Shown here one piece after another: positions 13,040 to 25,874 of a stretch of 45,922 nucleotides of DNA; position 1 is the stretch's first letter, and every line of letters begins with the position of its first letter. Made by a program: the position numbers and the translations under genes. Source of the DNA: Octopus bimaculoides (lineage: Eukaryota); contig NC_068983.1 of assembly GCF_001194135.2 (NCBI RefSeq), positions 118,483,073-118,528,994 on the forward strand, given 5' to 3'. Below the pieces are notes generated by a model. That model had not been told where the DNA came from and did not search any database. It worked only from the letters and a program-made list of their open reading frames with translations.

Positions 13040-14279
13040 TTTGTAAACAGAATGGTAGAGTATTCTGTGTGGTGACAAAGGGCTTCTCGCTCAGAGTAAA
13101 AGGTAGACTGTATGACACATGTATGTGAACAGCCATGCTACATGGCAGTGAAATATGGGCCGTGATTGCTGAGGACATGTGTAAGTTTGCAAGGAATGAA
13201 GCCAGTATGCTCCACTAGATATGTAATGTCAGTGTGCATACATGACAGAGTGTAAGCACCCTGAGAGAAAAGTTGGATTTAAGAAGCATCAGATGTAGTG
13301 TGCAAGAGAGACGATTGCGCTGGTATGGTCATGTGTTGCAAATGAATGAGGACAGCTGTGTGAAAAAGTGTAACACCCTAGCAGTTGAGGGAACCTGTGG
13401 AAGAGGTAGATCCAGGAACATCTGGGATGAGGTGGTGAAGTACGACCTTCGAACATTAGGCCTTAGTGAGGCAATGACTAGTGACCAGGACCTTTGGAGA
13501 TATGCTGTGCTTGAAAAGACCCGAAAAACCAAGTGAGACTGTAGCCCATGGCCTATGCCAGTGGGTGTAACCAGCCCATTTATGAATACCCCTCATTCAT
13601 TGGACAATAAACCTTGCTTGTGAAGACCTACTGAGGCAAGTGAAATCAAAATCAAAATTGCTGACCTGGCCAACGACAGTACTGCCTGATTGGCACTCGT
13701 ACCAGTGGAATGTTAAAAGAATATCCGAACATGGGGTGTAATTGGCCCACTTATGAGTATCCCTCATTCATTGGACAATGAACTTTGCTTACAAAGACCT
13801 ATTGAGGCAAGTGTAAACAAATCAAAATCACTGACATGGCCAATGATAGTACCGCCTGATTGGCACTCGTGCCAGTGGAACGTTAAAAGAAGCATATCCG
13901 AGCGTGATTGTTGCCAGGGCCACGGATTGGCTCCTGTGCCAGTGACACGTGAAAAGTATCATTCGAGCGTGATTGTTGCCAGTGGCGCCTTACCAGCACA
14001 TGTGCTGGTGGCACGTGAAAAACTACATTCAAGCGTGGTTGTTGCCAGTGCCGCCAGACTGGCTCTTGTGCAGGTAGCATGTAAAAACACCTTTTGAGCG
14101 TGTCATTACCAGAACCACCTGACTGGCCACCTTCAGAGTGGTTGGCGTTAGGAAGGGCATCCAGCTGTAGAAACCTTGCCAGGTCAGATTGAGCCTGGTG
14201 CAGCCTCTGGCTCACCAGTCCTCAGTCAAACCATCCAACCCATGCCAGTATGGATAGCGGGCGTTAAATGATGATGATT
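13040..14279 (+). mobile_element. 5'-truncated RTE-clade LINE: ORF C-terminus plus repeat-containing 3' UTR and (GAT)n tail
   Basis: Translation GFSLRVKGRLY...RRLRWYGHV...GRGRSRNIWDEVVK..DLWR with in-frame stops; 3' end ...gttaaatgatgatgat. Confidence 0.88.
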
Positions 14280-14588
14280 TTATGAGAAAACAATCTCGAC
14301 AAAGCTTTCCAACTGAGACCATGAACAGTAACAGCCAAGATAGCAATTATCCCCAATTTTTTTTTAAATGTGGGATCTTGAAATGTGAGTTAATGTTTGT
14401 TAGGTGTCTCCTTTGCAGACTTTAGTAAGGACTGTTGCAATATAGTATTAAGTAGATTTTTGAAATACATAAGTAAAATCTGAAAGCAAATTTGAGTGAT
14501 GGTACCATTTTGTATTACTTACTCCTCTATGTAGGAAAGGTTTTATACCGACAACATGTGAGGCAAACAATATCAAATTTATCCGTAC

Positions 14589-14718
14589 CAATGATGATAA
14601 ATATAGATCAGGTTGGGTAAAGTCATCAGAAGGAATATGACAGTATGTCTCCCCCTTGGAACTGGCCTGAATAAAACTACCATATTCAGATGGCAAGTTG
14701 CTTTTCCTTCGATTATTT
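14589..14718 (-). CDS. First cytoplasmic exon: NNRRKSNLPSEYGSFIQASSKGETYCHIPSDDFTQPDLYLSSL
   Basis: Acceptor (t)n-cag|A and donor TTG|gtacgg; 130 nt, phase 2 to phase 0; basic stop-transfer NNRRK directly after the TM; overlaps ORF-track 14448..14696. Confidence 0.88.
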
Positions 14719-15520
14719 CTGAAAAAAAAAAAAAACCAGTGTATTAAGAAAGATTAGAGGAAACAGTATAGAAGAATTAAAAATAAAAGGGAAAAAAGAT
14801 GTACAAATCTAAAAAGTAGAATTGGTGCTGTTAGACAAAATGTAACAATGGAACCTAACTAATAAAAAAAATGTATGAAGTGAACAATAACAACTAGAAT
14901 ATCTAAAATTGGAAATGGATATCTATATAAAGTTTATAATTTCCATCTGAGGCAATTTTTCTCAAGCAAAAAAGACAAAACTATTAGAAATAATTAAAAT
15001 ATAAATGGCTACTCTTTGTGCAAGAAGACACAAAACTTGTCTAGATATTTATATTTAGTTTTTGACTTGGCAACCAGAAGTTTAGAAAATGGTTAAGGAT
15101 AAGATAGGCAAGGAAGATTGATTCAATCATTGTAGTGTCATATAATTCCTTAGAATTTATTACTGTGAACTGAATAGTCATGAAGCTTAAAATCTTTAGG
15201 AGAAAGGAAAATGGGATGTTGTTATGTTTTCCAATCCAGCTAGGTACCAAAACTAGTTCACCAATAATTTGCTGTCAAACTACAGTATTGTAAATTTGCA
15301 TATTGGTTTCTTCAGACAAACCATAAAGGCCTTATAATTTTTGGAAGTATTAACATTCATGCATTTAAGGGCATAATAGCTTAAATGAAGTGAATTGTTC
15401 ACAATAGATTAGTCAGCTCAGTATTTTTCACCATATAAACATAATTTGCTGAAAACTATGTTTAATAATGCTTATAATCTAAATTCTTGTCAGTTTGGAA
15501 TGAAAATGAAGTGTGTTTAA

Positions 15521-15721
15521 CCCTTTAGCATTCAGATTACTCAGTCAAATGTAATACTTATTTAGTCACATTGTTTTGTATCTCATTGCTTTGAGATTTC
15601 AATATGTGACTATTTTTAGAATGACATTGTAGTGTTCAGTGTGAGAGGCAAGAAATGGCTAGTTTGAACATAAGATAGTAGAAAATTTGGGCTGGATATG
15701 ACTAGTTTAAATGCTGAAGGG
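15521..15721. mobile_element. piggyBac-type MITE, 201 bp
   Basis: TTAA|CCCTTTAGCATT ... AATGCTGAAGGG|TTAA: TIRs with one mismatch and TTAA target duplication. Confidence 0.8.
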
Positions 15722-17039
15722 TTAATAAATTTTTAGATTTATAAAGGGCAGAGATGGATAGATTTACTATAAAATATGCTATAATTTGTTCAAGAGAGCT
15801 ACAAGTAATTCCCTTTAGTTTCTCCTTGGATTTTGGTTATGTGGGTCCTAAGTAATAACATATATTTCTTCTAGACTTCACCATAACTGTCTAAAGATTT
15901 TCAGGAATCCAAATAGTTATTTTGTTACAATATTCTGATATTGTTGCTGAGTAGCAGAAACCATTTTAACCATTTGTGATAAAATAAAACTACAAGTGGT
16001 ACCCAACAGAAGTAACCTGACAAAGAAATAATGTATGCTGAATATTTAATTAATTTTACTGAGTAAGAAATTAGAATTTCTGTACAAATTTAGTGAAATA
16101 ATTTCAACACATTATTTGGATAATTACACTACACCACAGTTTGAGTGCAGCTAAAAACATGTTCTTAGCCATTCATGTTTCTATGTCATGAATCATTGTA
16201 GGGGGTCATTCAAAGTTTGTGATAAACTGAAATTGGTGATGGGGGGGGGGGGGCAATTATGTCCAACATTATGATATTTCAGTCAGATGTGGTTTAGGAC
16301 CAAAGTTAGGTTTAAATTAAAAAAATTCATATATTTAAATATAGCAATATTACTCTGTTCCGTTATATATTTCATATCCTATTCTTGTGAGCATTAGCAT
16401 CATTGGCTACAAATTTCCAATGAGTTAATCACTGCTTCACTGCATTTCTAATAATGAGAATGGCAAGGAAATAAAATGTGTATGTGTGTACATCACACAT
16501 GCCTGTGATATGAAACAGTGCTATTTTGTAGATTTCTTAGCTGTAAGGTACACAATAAATAGGTGTAGCATGGGCATGGCTGTCCATGAACTTAGTTGCC
16601 TTCTCCACTGCTGTTACTCTCTGAGATCCATTAGTATTGTGGAAGTATACTTGGGCATGAGTTGACTTCCACTACATGGAAGCATGTTCATATCTATATA
16701 TATTATGTGATTCTTCATTGTCTCTGCTCTGACTGCTAAATCCACCTTATGAAGTATAAGTCAACCTGAGACTATAGTAGAAGATAACTGTCCAAGATTG
16801 TGAGCAGTGGATTTAAACCTGGGAACTACACAGCCGTGTCTGCTTTTGTCTTGATATTCATCATAAATAATCTATTCAGTTTACTACTTTACATCATCAT
16901 CATCACCCTCATCATGTAACGTCTGTTTTCTATGCTGGTATTAGTTACATAATATCATGTTCTCTGTGGGATGAAGTTTGACACGTCATCTAAAATGCAG
17001 ATATCTTCACATAAAGTAGGATTCTGTATAACTTATAAA

Positions 17040-17820
17040 GTTTTGTCTTATTTTAAAGAGCGCCAGTGTTAATAATCAGTTTCAAACGAATATATGATCA
17101 ATACTCTCCGTATATGGGTACGTACAGAACCGGACGGTTCTGTTAGCTTCTTACGTCTCCAAGGTCAACTTCGACTTTCCTACTTTCAAAATCGATAAAA
17201 TATACCAGTTATTTACTGAAGTCGATTTAATCCACTGCCGTCTGTACGAAGATGCAATAAGCTATCATGGTACAGTAAAACTTGAATTTCCTGTTCAAAC
17301 GTAGGACCCTAACAACAGGTAAAATGACACACCTAGTGGGATACAGAACCGTCATATCAATATTAATTATATTAACAATATATTACTGTCATTATAACTG
17401 AATAAATAAAAAAAAACTAAACTAATCTTGAATTTAGTACTGATAAAACGATATACTATAAACTATGTTCAAATTGGTTTTAATTCAAGCGAGATAGCAG
17501 TAATTCATTTCGCTTTCTTTGACTAGCTTTCAAAACCAATAAAAAGTTAGTGAATGTTTTCTCATTTCTGTAAAAGTTATCTCCCGTGGATAACATTATT
17601 TCACATCTAATACTTGTTTTGAGTGAAGGAACATTACGGCCGTGTTTTGGTTCCGTTTTAGTTAAGGACTTTTTAAGGCTCAAATCGTCACTGTCCTTCA
17701 GAGAAGCACAAACATAACGCGAAGCAAATTACTTGATAAGATAATTAGTTATCTAGTGTCTTATTAAAGAATTTCGAGCATTTGTAAGATTATTGATTTT
17801 TATGAAACGGAATAAAGGAT
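17040..17820. promoter_or_regulatory. CpG-retaining intronic patch, candidate internal promoter or first exon(s)
   Basis: About 25 CpG in ~780 bp by eye versus a handful in the preceding 2 kb; strong minus donor GGAGAC|gtaaga (17155/17154) and plus donor CAACAG|gtaaaa (17318/17319); no match to the repeat families seen elsewhere in the window. Confidence 0.45.
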
Positions 17821-20431
17821 GCAAAGGAAATGAAAAAGATAAATTTGCAAGTTTGAGAAAATAAGACTACTTTCCTATGTTGTTGTTCTAGATCTATTTC
17901 AGTCATGATTTAGCAGACTTAAGATCAAAAGCATTCCTGTCTAAGATAGCATCCCAAAAAAGTGTCAAGGAGGTGTTTGCTGGCATATGCCAAACTCTGG
18001 CCCTCAGATATATACTACCTTTGTTTTTCAACTATTACTAGTGATATTTGTTCTTCAGACACTCCTATCCCTCGTCTCTCTCTTCTTGTCACTTATATGG
18101 TGTCTGTCCACCACAGGTCGCCGTGCAAGGGTCCCTGTGGTGAACAGCCATTCCTCCTCCTCCCCCTAACGTTGTTCCTTTGGACCCACCACCTTTTCAT
18201 GTCAGTTTGCAACATGAACTGTGTTGATCTCAGTCATCTCAGGACAATGAAGGCCAAGCTCTTCCTCCAAACTAAAGAAAAGAAATATTTACACCTCATT
18301 ACATATTTTCTGGCACATCCCATGTAACCCTTCTTTTTTCAGATCCTAGAGTGTTATTTGATGGAGATTCAGCGGCAACTTTTAACAAGTAGATTGACTA
18401 CTTTGAAGCTTCCTAATTGACCTATATGAAAACAAAGTGTTGCTTATAAGCAGTGATCTTTTTCCTGAGCAAAATATCCCATCTACTGGTATTACTGCTA
18501 CATGTTTTATCAATCCTGCTTAAATACATTGACAAGATTTGAAGTATGAAATGGGCAACATTGAAGTAGATTCCATGGAATAAAATTGAAATAGTTGACT
18601 CTGAGAGGAAATGGGAGGTGACATTCTACTGATGTAACAGTTAAATTATGTTAAAAATTGACAACATTAAAATGCTTTGACCATTCTTTTTACAGAAAAC
18701 TTTGCAATTTTAATTAAGTAAATCTTGAACCAAGAGAACCAAACATCAGAAAAGCACGAATAGAGGATGGCTATGGTATGGTAATCATTAAAAGGAAACA
18801 ATAGCATTGCTAAGTGGTAGGGGTAAAATAAGCAAAAATCAAAAAATGCCAGTGACATAATCATTTGACACAAAGCAGGAAACACTTTTGTACTATTTTT
18901 TTATTAGCTTGGTTGTTTGTACACCTGTACAAAGATTGCACACATGCGCGCGCGCACACACACACACACACGCACAGACACACACACACACACACCTATG
19001 TATATGTCATTAACCTTCAATCAGGATGGGGAGATGGAGTAAATAAAATAATGAGACAAGAGGAATGCAAGCAGTAAGAAGAAACTAAGAAAAAGAAAAA
19101 AAAGATTATAACAAGAGGCTGGGTCAGGCTGCTTATTAACAAAGAAAGCGAAACAGGTGAGACTTCCTGTTGTCTTAAAGATAAAAGGTATTTAAGATAG
19201 AGAATTTGATAATGAGAATAATTTAGCTTATCACACTGGGTCTACAGGGATTGTGGCTGGTACTCTCTAACAAGAAGAATATGCATAGAGTTATAATTAT
19301 CTTTAAATAAACTTCGACTGAAATATGAATACAAATACTTTCTACTGAAATTATTGTAGAATATCTTTATAAATTGTAGTCAAGAAAGTAAAATTTGGGA
19401 GAGAATTTCAGGCTTTCTGAGATAAGGCAAAGCTGATGAGATAAAATGCATTTTACTAAGAAATGGTTAAAGTTGCTTTAAATAGCTTCTACATTTCTGA
19501 TTTCAACACTGTTAATGACTAAAAAAAAAAAGAAGAAAGGAAAATTGCTGCTTCAGATACAATTACCATAAACTGAAAATAATGATGTGAGCCTTAACTT
19601 TTAAAGTATAATCAGCAACCAGTTACTGCAAAATAAGACTAATTGTAGAATTAAGATGTATTTTAGACCAATGAACTGTTGATATACTTGTAAAGGAAAT
19701 ATAAAAATTATCTCCTTCATTTAAGGTGCTATTCATCAAATGTGGTTTAGTGAGGATGTTATACAGCTAGTTAGTGTCAGTGATAAAACTATTTCCATCA
19801 GAAAAGCAAAAAACATAAGAAATCCCTATAATAACCATAGAAACTAATATGATAACCACTGTTATCAACCCAGTAATTTTTAGAAGTTTTGTCACCAAGG
19901 AATTTTATTGGTGAGTTTTGATGTTTTTTTTATTATATATTTTTTTAATTTAGAAGTAACTGTATTGCTACTATAATGGTTTCTATTCTTCTGGTGTAGC
20001 AGACTACAAACCTTCTTTACCAAGGCATATCTGACTCAACTGTCTCTCTCTTTCTTACCATCCTTACCAATAGCCATTACTTCCTATGTCTTTAACCCAT
20101 TTGACATTAACAACTCCATCCACATTTTTCTTGCATTCATTGACCTATAAGTATGTTAAAATGAACATCAACCGACCAGAAGGGTCTGCTAAAGTCATAG
20201 GCATTACCTCTAAACTCTGACCAATTAATTAACTTATTGAGTGCAGACTAATTTCAACAATGTTTATGATTAAGTTATAACATGATTATACTCTACAATA
20301 ATTATTCTGTTGAAGAATCCTTGCTTTGTACAGATCTAAATTTATAAAAGGTTTGTTTATATATCCTGTACAAAACCAATTGGTAACATTGGCTTAATGG
20401 ATTTATAATACTGTATACATTGATTTTTATA

Positions 20432-20497
<66 letters not shown>

Positions 20498-20501
<4 letters not shown>

Positions 20502-20755
20502 TAGTATATTGCCACTTAAGTGTGGCTGACCCCTAGGGGTGGATGTTACTGTTGCTTTTAGCCCCAGGAGGACATCTCCTCCAGCTGGCTTATCGACACA
20601 CGACTGTGTCCTGTTTGCCAAGGGAAGTTATCCCTCTCACCTCGATCTGCAGCACGTCGATAAGCCAGCTGGAGGAGATGTCCTCCTGGGGCTAAAAGCA
20701 ACAGTAACATCCACCCCTAGGGGTCAGCCACACTTAAGTGGCAATATACTACACT
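20498..20755. repeat. Foldback element with perfect 100-bp inverted arms and 58-bp spacer
   Basis: 20498-20597 is the exact reverse complement of 20656-20755 as read by eye. Confidence 0.92.
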
Positions 20756-20801
20756 TTATCGTGCAGTTACTGTTAATACTTCATTTAGAGAATTAACATT
20801 G

Positions 20802-20837
<36 letters not shown>

Positions 20838-20840
<3 letters not shown>

Positions 20841-21185
20841 TAAGGCACATAGCTCAGTGGTTAGGGCGTCTGACTTACAATCGTGAAGTTGTAAGTTTGA
20901 TTCCTAGAATGGGCTGTATATTGTGTTCCTGAGCAGGACACTTTATTTCATGTTGCCCCCCAGTTCACTCAGCTGTAAAAATGTGTTGCAACATCACTGG
21001 TGCTAAACTGTATCAGCCTTTGTCTTTCTCTTGGACAACATCAATAGTGTGGAGATGGGAGACCAATATACATGGGTGACTGCTGGTCTTCCATAAACAA
21101 TCTTGCTCAGACTTGTGCCTTGGAGGGGAACTTCCTAGGTACAATCCCATGGTTATTCATGACTGAAAGGGGGTCTTTACTCTTT
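20838..21185 (+). mobile_element. tRNA-headed SINE with CORE-like segment; related antisense copy at ~5070-5320
   Basis: Head gctcagtggttagggcgtc...gtttgattcc followed by tgtgttcctgagcaggacacttta. Confidence 0.65.
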
Positions 21186-23586
21186 ACCCTATATATAATT
21201 TGGTGGATCTTCATCATGTGCTCTGAACTTTTCACTATTTATCAAACAGTTAAAAAATAAAGATGTGAACAAGTGACAAAATGAGAATGAAATATTTTGT
21301 AAACAAATGATAATACAAAGATGCAGAGATTAGAGAATGGTTGTTAATTGGACTGTAATCAGGCTGGAACACCACCATCAAAGGTATAATTACTAACCCA
21401 CTACTTATAGTCTGCTACTTATTTTATCAACTTTCTGAAGGATGAAAATCAAAAGGCAAAATTGACTAGACTGGAATTCGCACTCAGATCCGGATAACCA
21501 AACAACACAAGGTATTTTGTCCAACACTAATGTCTCTACCCTCCATCCTTCCACTCACTGTCCTAAGTTTGTCATTTTATCTATTTATTTACTGCAGAAA
21601 GCACTGATACTGGAAGGTTTGCAAAAGAATTGTGATGGGGTTCTTACAATGGATTTCAGTGCAGTATGCCTCCTGCACACCCACTCATCACTGTTCATAT
21701 TGTTTTGTGCCTTTGTCCTTTCTACACTACAATAAAATAGTAGATACTTTCATTAGTTAGAACAATGATTAGATTTCGTTGTCCTTAATCCTAATGTCTA
21801 TTTATTTAAAAGGCTGACTACTGTTATTATATATTAGCCCAGCTTCTGAGAAATATCAATCAAGAGGTATTTTAGTGTTGTTAATATTTTCTTCTGTTTT
21901 CATGGCTTTACTTGTATAGATATGTAATATGATTCTATACACTGACAATTGAATCCATAATATTACAGAATGAAGTGTCATATAAAAGACAAAAAAAAAG
22001 GGGGGGGGGATTAAAGGATAATTAGTGAAATTGCTTAAACAACACTGAACTCCTGTGTTAAGATAATTCTCTCCAGGACCTGAAAAGCTGAAATGTGACT
22101 GCACCCTATCTTATCATTCTAATTTGATTCTCTTGAAAATTACAAGAAAATATTTTGGACAGGAAAATAGTAATATAAATATTATTTCCCTGGGTGGTAA
22201 ATTGTTAGAGAAATCAACTGATAAATCTAATAAGAAGAAATTAGTTGTGTCTCAACTGTGTTGGTAGCAGTCTAGCTCTATCCAAGATGTATAGATTTAG
22301 AAATATAGGTCAAGCTATCAAGTGACACAGCAAAAGTTTTACACCAATTTCAAAGTCTTAAAATTGTTTTATAGTTTTGATTATGTTATGTCAAAGGACT
22401 GATTATTTCTGTAAAATGAATTAATGTGACTGTAAATAAATACACTGAAATGAGATATTTTGATTCAATATAATAGCATACTGTTTTCCCATTGAATTTT
22501 AATGTTACTCTAATATGTGTTTATAAAAACGAATATGAAACATTTCAAAAACTTCATTTATTTAATAATTTCATTTTGATGAAATGTGATCTGTGAGAAG
22601 AAGGTGCTGTTACCCTTTGTGAATGCCAGACCAAAGTAAGAAATTTTTCACAGCTTTTATTGCAATTTTAGTGTTGTTGATACCGATAGTTAAAATTTGA
22701 AATTCAATTCATTGTTGAATTCAGATTATCTTAGCTTAAAATAATTTTCAGATATAGAAAACTATATATATTTAAAAATTCATATTAGTTTATAATAGAT
22801 TTATACTCAAATATTAATTAAACAAAAAACTTTATGATGAGTAAGCATATATTCATAGTTACTTGTTCCCATTGCTTTATGCACCCAACCATCTAATCTA
22901 AATCCATTTTCATCCTTCTAAGATTTCTAAAGTGGATGAATTCTTACAAAATCTTACAATTAAGCTGAATGTGTGAACTTGCACTTCATGTACACACACA
23001 CACACACTAATTGGATTATCTCTTCTTAATTTATAACATGCCTTTAATTAGCAAATTGCCAGTCTTCTCTTTTGATCGTCCTTTTCTAATCCTCATTTAT
23101 TATTATTTTCAATTGAAAAATGTTTGAAAAAAGTTACCATAAAAGGATTACAGAAATATTCACATGAATGATATATAATCATGGAAAAAGTTAAAAATTT
23201 TTTTTACAAAATATAAAAAATGTGTACAATGGAGATATTAAACAGGCATTGAGATAACAGTAAAACGGTACAAAAGATAATTGAACGAGTGTGTGAGAAA
23301 AGAAAGTCATAGAAATGATTATTAAGATACATGAGTAGATTTAAATACTATATTACAATTACCTAAAAGTGATATAATATATGCCTTAAAAGTTATAGGG
23401 GTATTACATAAAACCTAAGGTGTTATCTAAAACATCTATGATCCAAACCATAGAAATTGGAGGAAAAATATTTAACAAGATGTGTTACACAAAACTATGA
23501 AAAATGTTTCTTTATTTTGATATTCAAAATAATTATACAACAGACGTAAAATGTAAAATAAGAAAATTGGTTTATTAAATACTTAC

Positions 23587-23695
23587 TTGAAGCATTTGCA
23601 CAGAAAATATATCAAGGCAATGGACAGTATTAAAGTAAAAATTGCCAGCAAAGTTCCTATAGCTATGACAGCACTTGTAAGGTAGTGGCATTGTC
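23587..23695 (-). CDS. Transmembrane exon: (G)QCHYLTSAVIAIGTLLAIFTLILSIALIYFLCKCF(K)
   Basis: Acceptor tgtttgactctgcag|GA and perfect donor TTCAA|gtaagt; 109 nt, phase 1 to phase 2; ~24-residue hydrophobic stretch followed by CKCFK. Confidence 0.92.
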
Positions 23696-25639
23696 CTGCA
23701 GAGTCAAACAAGGCATTAAACAGTGGTTTATAACATACATTACATTCTATACTAATTCATAATGAATTACAGCATCACATCAGTTTTAGAAGCCCTTGAA
23801 TGTTTTTGCTTAAAAAGTGAAAGGAAATTGTTAACAAATTACCTCAAAATTGTAAGGCTCTACTTGTAGAAATTAAAGACAAAAGAAATGATGTAATGAA
23901 AAAGCACAGGAAAGAAGAGATAAAAAAAAAGATGAAGTTTGTAGGTATTTCAATAAATGAGATAAATTTTCAGTATGAGGCTATAATGATTAATTGCATT
24001 GTCACATTGAAGTTTCTGCTTTTTATATACTTTTTTTTTTTGTCAGCTAAGGGTAGAACCATCCTATCCTATTTAGCTAGATATGTCAAGCAAAAAGGTA
24101 TTAAGAGGAAGTATTTTGATATACTGATGTAACAAAATTCTACTTATAGCCTGATTACCATTACTGAAAATTCCACAGAGAGAGAGAGAGAGAGAGAGAA
24201 AGCAATAAATGTAGATGGAAAGGGAGTTTGAAAAAATGAATTAAAAAACTGTTTTTCGTATGAAGGAAAAAATATAAAAAAAATAAGGAAAAAATGATAT
24301 TGTTTAATACACTTTTAACAGGGAAAGGAAATTATTTTGAAATAATGAAATTTTTTTTTTTGTGGGAGGGGAGTGTTTCAGCTGCTTTATAAATCAGAGC
24401 TTGAATTCATTCCATTAATGAAATATATTCCCCTATTCGCTTCCTAGACTGATGATTAGTAAATATTTACATCACAGTCATCGTTTTGATTTTTCTGGAG
24501 TCACCATTACTGAGTTCCTGCTGCATATTGTTCTTTGTCTTTTAATTTGAATAAGTTTCTGAAGCAATAATTACAAAGATTCAAAACGAGTTACAGCCAG
24601 CCAAAGACAAGGGAGAATACTCTGCCTGACAATTTTACTTGTTTGTAACACTAGTTGAACCAGATGAAATGCAACTACTGTCAAAATATTTGATTCAATA
24701 TGTAAATTTCCAATTTGTTTTTTTAAAAAAGAAGAAAGTTCCATTCTAACCCACATAGTTAAATGGATTATAAAAAAATAAGTATTATATGTATTTTGAA
24801 CCTTTCATTAGTTTCTGCTAATAATTTCTGATGCAATACCCGCAGTAATATTCTTACATTATCTACTTAATTCCTACTATTTTATGTTTGATGTTGTTGA
24901 TGTTATCTCCAGCTGTATTGCTATGATAGCAAACAACTTTAAAAAGAACTGTTCTGCTGTATCAAACACAAGATACCATAGCTTCTTGATCTTCTGCTAA
25001 ATAATAAAAACAACAAATGCATTCCAAAAAGTTTCTCTTGCTCTCAAGAGAGTAAACATTCTAAAACCATTTAGTCGCCTATATCATAGCTTCTGAAAAC
25101 AAAGATTGACATCTATTAATTATATATCTTTCAGGCGTATCTGCTGTGTCGGAGCTTTAGAACGCTTCAATACACTTTCCAGCGCCAACCAACCAGCCAA
25201 CCGACCAACCGACCAAACTAACCATCTACCAAACCATCCACCCAACCAACTAACACAGTGTGAGATTCAACCAACAGTGTTTACTATGACACCAATTCCA
25301 AGGATGTTATCCGCCCAACCATTAAGAACAATCTCTATATTTTGAAGTTCGTCTTCCTTGTAACTTAGTGAACTCTATATCCCATTCTCTAACATGCAGC
25401 ATCAATCATAGTTGTTGTTGTTTTGGAATATCTATTTCTCTAACCCACATTCATTTTTGCATCAACAACAACTCTTGTATGTTTTTCTGGCCTGAATTTT
25501 ATTTTTTTAATTTTTTTTTTTTTTTGTATTGCCACACAACCACAATCAGCATCTTCCTATTTGTTTTTGCATAATCACAATTATGCAGAAAAGGTTAACA
25601 ATATCCAAAAAATATACCAATGTAATAATGATTTCAAAT

Positions 25640-25826
25640 TTTGGCACAAGGCCAGCAATTCCAGGAGAGGGGCTAAGTTGATTACATTGACCCCACTGCT
25701 CAGCTGGTACTTATTTAACTGGCCCCGAAAGGATGAAAGGCAAAGTCAAATGCAGCAGAATTTGAATGTAAAGATGGATAGATAGCTGCTAAGCATTTTA
25801 TTGCCAGCTCACCAACTTAAACCTAT

Positions 25827-25874
<48 letters not shown>

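Noticed and set aside
13560-14110. Regularly repeated units that might suggest a CRISPR array
   Set aside because: Eukaryotic LINE 3' UTR tandem repeats with no unique spacers and no cas genes.
17960-18330. GC-richer block with acceptor and donor on the minus strand (LEEELGLHCPEM...)
   Set aside because: All frames contain stops and its phases do not fit the TM-to-cytoplasmic junction; probably a decayed repeat.
20539-20796. 85-aa ORF across the foldback
   Set aside because: Lies within a GC-rich inverted repeat where stops are rare; no coding signature.
22590-22650. Plus-strand CDL*EEGAVTLCECQTK, B-box-like, with a gtaaga donor
   Set aside because: Contains a stop, has no convincing acceptor and is too short to be significant.
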